A stretch of 64,000 nt of DNA from Bacteroidales bacterium (GTDB taxonomy: Bacteria; Bacteroidota; Bacteroidia; Bacteroidales; VadinHA17): contig JAIPBU010000012.1 of assembly GCA_021738535.1 (NCBI GenBank), positions 7,095 through 71,094 of the forward strand. The letters are read 5' to 3'. This document shows, piece by piece, positions 56,491-63,940 of the stretch; position 1 is the first letter of the stretch; each line of letters begins with the position of its first letter. The notes under the pieces are model-generated. The model was not told where the DNA came from. It searched no databases and saw nothing but the letters and a program-made list of their open reading frames with translations. Both the position numbers and the translations under genes were made by a program.

Positions 56491-56518
56491 CTGTCAGGTT
56501 TTTATGTTTTTACGACTA
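56491..56518 (+). promoter_or_regulatory. ECF-type promoter candidate CTGTCAGG-N14-CGACTA (copy B)
   Basis: It ends 41 nt upstream of ATG 56560. Confidence 0.45.
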
Positions 56519-56559
56519 TTTGGTAAACCAAGTGAAAAAAAGTTGAAAAATTTAAGCAA

Positions 56560-57033
56560 ATGAAAAAAAGAAAAAAACTCCGAATAATTATACTGACCGC
56601 CGCAGGGGGGCTGATAATAGGTGGTGCGCTTACAATGTATATGTTTAACATGCCACACCGTGATGTTACAGAAACTGATCCTGATTATTATATAACTTCA
56701 ACTGAAATAGTAAATGAATACCTTGCAAACAGTGATACGGCAAATGAGAAATATCTTGCAGCTGACGGTGATTCAAAGATCCTGGAGATAACAGGTAATA
56801 TTTCAGATATATCTGAAGACTTTGATGGTAATGCAGTAGTGCTGCTTAAAGGAGAGAATGACAGGGCAGGAGTGAGGGTGACATTTACCGGTGAGACAGA
56901 ACCAGATGAAGGGTCACTCTCGGTAGGACAGCAAATCACTGTTAAAGGAGTGATTCGCTCAGGAGCAGCATATGATAAGGATCTTGAGATGTACGAGAAT
57001 GTGATTATTGAGAAAAGTGTAATAATACAATAA
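56560..57033 (+). CDS. Membrane-anchored OB-fold (tRNA_anti-like) protein
   Basis: N-terminal TM. The pattern ANEKYL...LEITG.I......G..VVLLKGE....GV...F resembles the tRNA_anti-like family. Confidence 0.45.
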   Translation: MKKRKKLRIIILTAAGGLIIGGALTMYMFNMPHRDVTETDPDYYITSTEIVNEYLANSDTANEKYLAADGDSKILEITGNISDISEDFDGNAVVLLKGENDRAGVRVTFTGETEPDEGSLSVGQQITVKGVIRSGAAYDKDLEMYENVIIEKSVIIQ

Positions 57034-57075
57034 AGAATTAACCATAAATATTAATAAATAAAAAGAACGAAGATC

Positions 57076-57642
57076 ATGAAAAAGAAAATGTTTTTTACAA
57101 TCATCCTGGTAACTGTACTTTCAGGTATGGCAATAAGCCAGCCAGCGAAAAGACTTGTTACCGAAAAATCACAGATTAAATTTTTCTCCAGCACTCCCGC
57201 CGAGGATATTGAAGCAGTCAATACGACCGCGGTAGGTACCATAGACCGGGAGAGCGGAAAGGTGGTGTTTTCTGTCCCGATGCAGGGATTTGAATTTGAT
57301 AAGAGATTGATGCAGAAGCACTTTAATAATGATAACTTTCTTGACACGAAAGCTTTTCCTAAGGCTAAACTAACCGGAAGGATTACAAATATTGAAAAAG
57401 TGGATTTTGCCAGTGACGGAAAATACGATGCAACTGTAGAAGGTAAAATGACACTAAAAGGCGTAACAAAGCCATTTACTGCAATAGGTACACTTACAAT
57501 AAATGGAGACAAAGCAGAGGTCAGCAGCGTTTTTGATATTACGCTGGCCGATTATGGGATAACATTCAAGAAAGGTAAGCCTTCCACAAATATTGCAAAA
57601 ACAGTTGAGGTTTCGGTAAATGCAGAATACAGTCAGGAATAG
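57076..57642 (+). CDS. YceI-family protein
   Basis: SQIKFFSSTPAEDIEA, DTKAFPKAKLTG and LKGVTKPFTA motifs. Confidence 0.85.
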   Translation: MKKKMFFTIILVTVLSGMAISQPAKRLVTEKSQIKFFSSTPAEDIEAVNTTAVGTIDRESGKVVFSVPMQGFEFDKRLMQKHFNNDNFLDTKAFPKAKLTGRITNIEKVDFASDGKYDATVEGKMTLKGVTKPFTAIGTLTINGDKAEVSSVFDITLADYGITFKKGKPSTNIAKTVEVSVNAEYSQE

Positions 57643-57669
57643 GATAATGGAGTGCATATGCTTCAAATG

Positions 57670-57707
57670 CCGGAAGGTTCAATAAGAGAATGATCCTTCC
57701 GGTATTT
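57670..57707 (+). terminator. Hairpin after the YceI gene (CCGGAAGG-N17-CCTTCCGG)
   Basis: 8-bp GC-rich stem with a weak T-tract (TATTTAT). Confidence 0.4.
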
Positions 57708-57971
57708 ATAATTAATCAATATGAACCTTTTGACAGCATATATAAGCGGTTTACTAATCACTACTGGAGGTGCCATACCACTTGGACTTGTTAACCTTAG
57801 GGATCTTCTCCGGGAAAGTGCTGGTGCTGTACATATATGCACTATCAGGTGAAAGGCTGCTTGATAAATGGCAGTTCGTAGCAGTCAATATAAACAGGAT
57901 AATTAGAGGCATATTGTTAATTACTATGATAATACAGATTATAAAGGTTTAAATTAAAAGGATAATGCGCT

Positions 57972-58160
57972 ATGGATAAAGAGATGATATCAATTATTGA
58001 ATGCCCTGAGTGTGGTCACAGGCAGACTGAAGAGATGCCCGGAGATAGTTGTCAGTTTTTTTACGAATGTACGGCCTGCCATGCTATTCTTAAACCGGAA
58101 CAGGGCGATTGCTGCATCTTCTGCTCTTACGGATCTGTTAATTGTCCCTCTAAACAATAA
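57972..58160 (+). CDS. GDCCVxC-type cysteine-rich small protein (putative metal binding)
   Basis: The zinc-ribbon-like pairs are CPECG and CTAC. The C-terminus is GDCCIFCSYGSVNCP. Confidence 0.6.
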   Translation: MDKEMISIIECPECGHRQTEEMPGDSCQFFYECTACHAILKPEQGDCCIFCSYGSVNCPSKQ

Positions 58161-58171
58161 AAAATAAAACA

Positions 58172-58978
58172 ATGATAATTAAAGAATATAACAATACAGA
58201 TAGGGTGATGCATACTGTGAGCCAGTACCTGGCGCGGATAGGTAAATCATTCCTTGATCAAAAAGATGATGACAGCCATACAAATCTTGCTTTTGACAGT
58301 ATTGGAAACCGCGTTACCGGAAGATGGATACAGTCAGAACAAAAAAGATACCTTCCGGCAGTGGAATTATCTCCCCTGGCATTTGTTTGGCTGGATGAGT
58401 ATTTAAACAGGGCTTATGAAATATTACTGGCGGGAAGGAATAAGACTTCCATTGAAGAAGATCTTAAAAACAGCCTGCTAAAAATTGGTCTTGATCCTAA
58501 TGAGTTAATAGAAAAAATGCATTATGAAATTCCTGTTTATCCGGAAACAGAAGATATAATAAGGGAACTGACACCTGCAGGAGCACACGTTTGGTCACAA
58601 TACAGGAAACTCGCAAATACAGCTTCATTTGAACTGATGAACTTCCTGCAGGGTGAGAGTGAGATACGGGTATGGCCTCATCATTTCGATACAGGGATAT
58701 ATGTAAATACATTTACCGGTATGGGCATTGGTTTCGGTCTGGCAATGGAGGACCAAATTGGCGGTGAGCCATATTTCTATGTCTCAGCATACCCGGATGA
58801 GGGAGTTATTGATTACAGTAAACTACCGGTGATGGACCATGGAAAGTGGATTGTTGCTGACTTTTGGAAAGGTGCTGTGCTTACTCTTTCTTCGCTGGAT
58901 TTCAGCTCTTATGAAAAGCAAAATATTGCTTTAAAACAATTTATAAAAGATACAACTGGCTGGTTTCTTAATATATGA
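58172..58978 (+). CDS. Hypothetical protein
   Basis: 268-aa ORF starting 11 nt after the GDCCVxC gene. It has a WPHHFDTG block and no family I can name with confidence. Confidence 0.5.
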   Translation: MIIKEYNNTDRVMHTVSQYLARIGKSFLDQKDDDSHTNLAFDSIGNRVTGRWIQSEQKRYLPAVELSPLAFVWLDEYLNRAYEILLAGRNKTSIEEDLKNSLLKIGLDPNELIEKMHYEIPVYPETEDIIRELTPAGAHVWSQYRKLANTASFELMNFLQGESEIRVWPHHFDTGIYVNTFTGMGIGFGLAMEDQIGGEPYFYVSAYPDEGVIDYSKLPVMDHGKWIVADFWKGAVLTLSSLDFSSYEKQNIALKQFIKDTTGWFLNI

Positions 58979-59054
58979 AACTAACCTGATCCCCACTTGA
59001 AAAAAAGCTTAAATAATTAATTTCAACAATCAATTCTTAATAATGCATTTTATT

Positions 59055-59075
59055 CTAAGCAAATGCTTAGCTTTG
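59055..59075. promoter_or_regulatory. Palindrome CTAAGCA-AA-TGCTTAG overlapping a TAGCTTTG -7 box
   Basis: Palindrome at 59055-59070. The TAnnTTTG match is at 59068-59075, 26 nt upstream of ATG 59101. Confidence 0.4.
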
Positions 59076-59100
59076 TATATATAACTATAAAGACTGAAGC

Positions 59101-60258
59101 ATGAAGTTACTAATAAGCTATTGTGCATTCCTGGTACTATCAATTAATATATTTTCGCAGGATATGACTAATCAGAAAGAAATGAAAGATATTGATAAGA
59201 TTTTAAAAACAGTCAGGGACCATTCATTTAATCCACTTGCAAAAAATAACACTATGACTTTTGACAGGGATATGAATGTGGCAGGGGTGGCTGACCTCGA
59301 TAATAGAGACTGGAGAGTGAGGATGCTGGCTGTCAGGGATCTTGTCAGAGCGGGAGCAGAGCATGCAGATGAGATTGCTGCAGGACTCAGCGATAACTCG
59401 CCATTCGTAAGGCAGATTAGTGCTATGGCTCTGGGAATTATTGATGCCAAATCAGTTGTTCCGCAGCTGGAGGAAACAGTTAAAAATGATGATAACGCCA
59501 TTGTTAGATCCCAGGCTGTTATTGCTCTTGGGCAACTTGAATCGGAATCTTCATTAGAATTATTACTCAATAGACTTAAAGATGATCCCGCTGCTGATGT
59601 ACGTCACCAATGCGAATTAGCAATTGACCAGATAGAGAAAAAAAAAGGTGTATCTAAAGAAAACAGGCAGGCATGGATCAACCTTGATGAATCACTGTTT
59701 GAAACTGTCAAAACAGGGATGATAGCGCCGGATTTTACCCTGAAAGATACGCAAGGGAAAAAGTGGCAACTCAGTTCTTTTCGTGGAAATGAATGGGTGG
59801 TCCTGATATGGGTGTTTGCCGACTGGTGCCCAGTTTGTCACGGTGAGTTTCACGACCTTATGGAGATGGAGAATGAATGTACAAAGGAGAATATTCAAGT
59901 ATTTACCCTTGAAACACATGACCGGTACAGGTCGAGGGTAATGGTTGGTAAGGAACTTGATCCTGAATACTGGTTCTCAAAAACATCATTTAAGGAAGCC
60001 TATACAAACAGAATATGGTGGCCTCATCTGGTTGATCATGCAGGTTCCATTGCTGCAATATATGGAGCAGATCCGCTGACTTTTGCAGTTCATTCGGAGT
60101 TTATTAACAGGCCTGCTACCATTATTATAGACAAATCCGGCATCGTAAGGTTTGCTTATTATGGCACATACTGGGGCGACCGCCCGACAATTAAACAAAC
60201 GCTTGAAATGGTCAGAACCCGCGATTTCACATTTATTCACCCTAATCGTCTCAAATAA
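59101..60258 (+). CDS. Secreted HEAT-repeat / peroxiredoxin (AhpC-TSA/redoxin) fusion
   Basis: Signal peptide. The HEAT-like repeats are DWRVRMLAVRDL, DNSPFVRQISAMALG, DDNAIVRSQAVIALG and DPAADVRHQCELAI. The redoxin domain has FADWCPVCHGEF. Confidence 0.75.
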   Translation: MKLLISYCAFLVLSINIFSQDMTNQKEMKDIDKILKTVRDHSFNPLAKNNTMTFDRDMNVAGVADLDNRDWRVRMLAVRDLVRAGAEHADEIAAGLSDNSPFVRQISAMALGIIDAKSVVPQLEETVKNDDNAIVRSQAVIALGQLESESSLELLLNRLKDDPAADVRHQCELAIDQIEKKKGVSKENRQAWINLDESLFETVKTGMIAPDFTLKDTQGKKWQLSSFRGNEWVVLIWVFADWCPVCHGEFHDLMEMENECTKENIQVFTLETHDRYRSRVMVGKELDPEYWFSKTSFKEAYTNRIWWPHLVDHAGSIAAIYGADPLTFAVHSEFINRPATIIIDKSGIVRFAYYGTYWGDRPTIKQTLEMVRTRDFTFIHPNRLK

Positions 60259-60275
60259 CAAGGTATTGAATAAAC

Positions 60276-60710
60276 TTATGTAGTGTGCAGATTTTTATAA
60301 ACCTTGTCCAGTGTCTTCATCATGGCCCCGGCTTCTTTTTTATCTATACCAGCAAAAGCTTCCACGAGTGTTGCCTCGGCCAGAGGAGCAAGTGTTGAAT
60401 ATATTTTCTTTCCTCGTTTACTTAGCCTTATTTCATTTATCCTGCGGTCATCAGTCAGTGGTGAGCGTGTGAGATAACCATGCTTTTCAAGTGCATTGAC
60501 TGCCCTGGTCAAAGTCACCTTATCCATCTGAAGTGTGGTTCCTACACATTGCTGTGTGACACAATCCGATTGCTGCAGCATGGACAGGATACTCCATTGT
60601 GCTCCGTTCATTCTGATACCTTCCGACCTGAATTTTTTCTCCAGTCTGATCCCCAGCGACTTTGATACCTGCTGGCTTAATCTGCCAAGTGATTTATTAA
60701 ACTCATACAT
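60276..60710 (-). CDS. MarR-family transcriptional regulator
   Basis: The winged HTH is WSILSMLQQSDCVTQQCVGTTLQMDKVTLTRAVNALEKHGYL..DRR. ATG 60710 is preferred because the track start at 60737 is TTG. Confidence 0.85.
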   Translation of the reverse strand: MYEFNKSLGRLSQQVSKSLGIRLEKKFRSEGIRMNGAQWSILSMLQQSDCVTQQCVGTTLQMDKVTLTRAVNALEKHGYLTRSPLTDDRRINEIRLSKRGKKIYSTLAPLAEATLVEAFAGIDKKEAGAMMKTLDKVYKNLHTT

Positions 60711-60749
60711 AATAAGATCTATATTAATTGATGACAATAAAAATAGAAA

Positions 60750-60769
60750 TTAGTTGCAATTGTAACTAA
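60750..60769. promoter_or_regulatory. Imperfect 20-bp palindrome TTAGTTGCAATTGTAACTAA in the marR/rdhA divergent region
   Basis: 18 of 20 positions are self-complementary. It lies 8 nt upstream of the TATATTTG -7 box at 60778-60785, which is 28 nt from ATG 60813. Confidence 0.5.
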
Positions 60770-60812
60770 ATTTCGGATATATTTGATAAATATATTGAAA
60801 TAATGCCGCCAT

Positions 60813-62279
60813 ATGAATAAAATTGATCGCAGAAAATTTATTAAGTCGGCCGGACTGGCCGGTGGTGCTCTATCGCTTGCAGGTGCTGCAGGAGCAGGAT
60901 ATTCAGCAGGGGCTGATAAGGATAGTTATACGGGCTATGGGCGAACTAACTATGGAGAAGACCAGTTCTTTAACAGGAAGCCTTTCATAGTTGATAACCC
61001 TACTTATGTTAAGAAGGGAGAACCTGTCCGGATAACAGCAGTTGAGGATATCTTTAAACGGAATGGTATGCTTTCAAGGCTGATGTTTTCAAGAGGTGAC
61101 ATAGAACCTGCCTGGAAGCCGGCCGATGGCATTGATGCTTTACCGGGACAGTTGCGTGACTACTATAAAGCTAATCCCGGTGCGCTTGAAGAGTTCATTA
61201 AGGCTATGGAAAAGGGCAGGGCACAAAGAGCCAACTGGGAAAAGTACCGCGATAAATATTTTATTGCTGACGCATGGTCAACTGCTCATTCCAGTCCCAT
61301 AAGAGGCAGAGGGGCTTTCCCGGCTGAACCCAGGGACCGGCCGGAAAAATCTGATTTTAGGGGGGTAAATAAAGTAAAACTTGAGCCTAAATCACCTTCT
61401 CATGCATCTGAACTGATCAAAAAAATATGTTATAGTTTTGGTGCTTCACTTGCAGGGATTGCAAAAGTCAAGAAAGAATGGGTGTACCAGGGAAGCCTCA
61501 GGGGAGTGGGCAGGGAAGATTATGAGGTACCTTCACACTGGAAATACGCTATTGTGATAGCAGTTCCTCATGAATGGGATTCAATGTATGCAAATCCAAC
61601 ATACGGTACTTCCTATGATGCCTATTCAAAGCTAAGATTCATCGCAGGTAAAATGGAAGTTTTTGTTAAGGAACTGGGCTATTCTTCAAGACCACATGTA
61701 CCACCCACATCCTATGACCTGGTAATGCCCCCTCTGGCCATTGATGCAGGATTGGGTGAACAGGGAAGAAACGGTATTCTGATAACCCCCGAACTGGGAG
61801 CAAATACAAGGCTTGCTGCAGTCACTACTGACATGCCGCTTGAGCCTGACAAACCTATTGATATAGGTGTCAGCCGCTTTTGTGAAAAGTGTAAGATATG
61901 TGCTGAAGAGTGTCCTGGCGGGGCAATTGATTTTTCTGATAAAGCCGAAACAGTAGTTCGAGGTTACAAAAGATGGAAGATAGATCAGAACAAATGCTTT
62001 ACAATATGGAATTCAGTGGCAACAAGCCATGCCAGGGGCTGCAGGGTGTGCCTTTCTGTATGTCCCTACTCAAGAAAAAATAACTGGGTTCATAGTTTTG
62101 CACGTGAGGTGGACCCGAGAGACCCGACAGGCCTGGTTGCATCAGGACTCCTTGCTATGCAGAAGAAATTCTTCAATTATCCGGGCGGACAGGAATACCT
62201 GCCGCCGCCTGACGGCAACAACCGGACATTCGGTGAAGCTCCTGAATGGATGAAGACAGATGAATGGTTTAAAATTTAA
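60813..62279 (+). CDS. rdhA: Reductive dehalogenase catalytic subunit-like protein (Tat-exported, two Fe-S motifs)
   Basis: The twin-arginine signal is DRRKFIKSAGLAGGA. Core blocks are FGASLAGIA and AIDAGLGEQGRNGILITPELGANTRL. The Fe-S motifs are FCEKCKICAEECPGGAI and CRVCLSVCPYS. Confidence 0.8.
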   Translation: MNKIDRRKFIKSAGLAGGALSLAGAAGAGYSAGADKDSYTGYGRTNYGEDQFFNRKPFIVDNPTYVKKGEPVRITAVEDIFKRNGMLSRLMFSRGDIEPAWKPADGIDALPGQLRDYYKANPGALEEFIKAMEKGRAQRANWEKYRDKYFIADAWSTAHSSPIRGRGAFPAEPRDRPEKSDFRGVNKVKLEPKSPSHASELIKKICYSFGASLAGIAKVKKEWVYQGSLRGVGREDYEVPSHWKYAIVIAVPHEWDSMYANPTYGTSYDAYSKLRFIAGKMEVFVKELGYSSRPHVPPTSYDLVMPPLAIDAGLGEQGRNGILITPELGANTRLAAVTTDMPLEPDKPIDIGVSRFCEKCKICAEECPGGAIDFSDKAETVVRGYKRWKIDQNKCFTIWNSVATSHARGCRVCLSVCPYSRKNNWVHSFAREVDPRDPTGLVASGLLAMQKKFFNYPGGQEYLPPPDGNNRTFGEAPEWMKTDEWFKI

Positions 62280-62290
62280 TAGATGTAATC

Positions 62291-62605
62291 ATGTTTAGTA
62301 ATTCGAATATATTGGGGCCTCTTTTCTGGATAATAATGGGAGTGCTCTACATGGTTTTTATAACAGGATTGGTGGTTTGGCTCAAAGATCTGAATATAAA
62401 AATGAACTGGTGGAAATGGAGCCTTGTGCTTTTGTGGTTTATTCTTCTGAGCATTATAATAGCCGGAGGTTTTACCCTGATAGGGGAGAATGAGATGCGT
62501 GCGGGACTCTTATTTATAGCTGTTCCGGGAGCTGTTATGATTGTGGCAGGTGTTGCACTGAGCAGGTTTTTGTTTAGAAACAGGCATGAAAAACAAAATA
62601 ATTGA
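62291..62605 (+). CDS. Small 3-TM membrane protein, RdhB-like anchor candidate
   Basis: 104 aa with three hydrophobic helices. It starts 11 nt after rdhA. The size and position match RdhB proteins. Confidence 0.5.
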   Translation: MFSNSNILGPLFWIIMGVLYMVFITGLVVWLKDLNIKMNWWKWSLVLLWFILLSIIIAGGFTLIGENEMRAGLLFIAVPGAVMIVAGVALSRFLFRNRHEKQNN

Positions 62606-63722
62606 TAGTATAATAGTTCTTTCTGTTGGTTTCGTTGTAATTATTGCAGCAGTGACAGGAAAAATAATTGCTGAAAAGGATGATCTGAAGCTGATTGGAA
62701 GTATTTTAAAGCCAGGGGAGGAACTGCAAGCAGTGAACAATAATAAGCATATACTCTTTGATGAAAGGGGTGAAGCATATGGATTTATATACAGTGGAGA
62801 AGGAAGGGGCTATAATGGTAAGTTGCGTGTGGCAGCAGTCTCTGATACCACAGAAGTTATTAAGTCTGTTCAAGTGCTCACAAATAAAGAGACACCTTCA
62901 TTTATAAACAGATTATTCAGAAGGAATTTCCTGGCCAGATTTGAGGGGATTCGCTTTTCTGAGCTAGCCGCCGGTGATAAATCAGTTGATGCAGTGGCAG
63001 GAGCCACAATAACAAGTAGCGCTATCAAAGAAGCCCTTATATTAGGTTTTACCGCAGGAGAAGGATTACAGCAGAATAACAATTTTAACATTAGTGCAGG
63101 CTGGCCTGAATTGATGGTTCTCCTGCTTTTTTTGATCTCGGCGCTGATATCTGTAAAAAAATTCAGTGCTGCAAGGAAATACCTGCTATGGGCATCATGG
63201 ACACTGTCTGTTATATTTCTGGGTTTCGTCCTGGGACAGCCTCTTACACTGCCAAGGTTTATAACATTATTTACCGGCTACCTTCCCGATCCCGGGGGTG
63301 AACTGTACATCCTTCTGATACCTGTCCTTGCTGTGGGGTTTATACTTATTAGCGGTAAAAATAACTATTGCAGGTCTGTATGTCCCTTCGGTGCAACACA
63401 GGAGATACTCGGAGCTATAGGTAATGCATCCCATATGAGGCTGAAAAGATTCAGGCTGGTGAAATATATACAATGGGGAATTACATTGCTTGCCGTTGTC
63501 CTGGCACTTGTAATGAATAACCCTTCAGTTGCAGAGTATTCTGTTTTCGGGGCTTTCTTTCAACTTACAGGTACGGCCCTTATTTTTATACTTCTGTTGC
63601 TAAGCATAATCATGTCACTGTTTTTCAGGAGACCATGGTGCAATTATCTGTGTCCCGTAGACGGTGTAATGGCGTATTTCAGAACTATGCGAAGGGCAGT
63701 AATAAGTATTTTTAAACGATGA
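62586..63722 (+). CDS. RdhC/NosR/NapH-like membrane protein: exoplasmic FMN_bind domain plus polytopic domain with two CX3CP motifs
   Basis: N-terminal TM. The FMN_bind motif is VDAVAGATITSSAI. Multiple TM segments follow, with CRSVCPFG and CNYLCPVDG. Confidence 0.7.
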   Translation: MKNKIIDSIIVLSVGFVVIIAAVTGKIIAEKDDLKLIGSILKPGEELQAVNNNKHILFDERGEAYGFIYSGEGRGYNGKLRVAAVSDTTEVIKSVQVLTNKETPSFINRLFRRNFLARFEGIRFSELAAGDKSVDAVAGATITSSAIKEALILGFTAGEGLQQNNNFNISAGWPELMVLLLFLISALISVKKFSAARKYLLWASWTLSVIFLGFVLGQPLTLPRFITLFTGYLPDPGGELYILLIPVLAVGFILISGKNNYCRSVCPFGATQEILGAIGNASHMRLKRFRLVKYIQWGITLLAVVLALVMNNPSVAEYSVFGAFFQLTGTALIFILLLLSIIMSLFFRRPWCNYLCPVDGVMAYFRTMRRAVISIFKR

Positions 63723-63940
63723 ACACACGAATAATAAGGAAAATATCATTAATCATATTTATTACATTAGCATTTTCGCTGATACTTATTCAACTTATAG
63801 CAAGTGTCAGCTCAAAGCAGCCACCGGATAAGATTTTTCATACAGATCCTGTTGACATGCATACTGACAGTATTATGGTACACCCGGATTCGCTTTGGAA
63901 CAATAGTGAATTCACAAATACATATTCAAATGAAAGATAA
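63719..63940 (+). CDS. Hypothetical small membrane protein
   Basis: 73-aa ORF with an ATGA overlap to the previous gene and one TM segment. Confidence 0.35.
   Translation: MNTRIIRKISLIIFITLAFSLILIQLIASVSSKQPPDKIFHTDPVDMHTDSIMVHPDSLWNNSEFTNTYSNER

Noticed and set aside
57721-57952. Possible remnant of a LysE/RhtB-type exporter. ATG 57721 gives MNLLTAYISGLLITTGGAIPLGLVNL, then a stop; a shifted frame continues ...VLVLYIYALSGERLLDKWQF...
   Set aside because: Only about 77 codons across two frames. The similarity is by eye to short, hydrophobic, low-information segments. I cannot support a pseudogene call without a search.
57972-58160. Selenocysteine recoding in the GDCCVxC protein
   Set aside because: The CC pair is encoded by TGC TGC. 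There is no in-frame TGA and no obvious SECIS-like hairpin.
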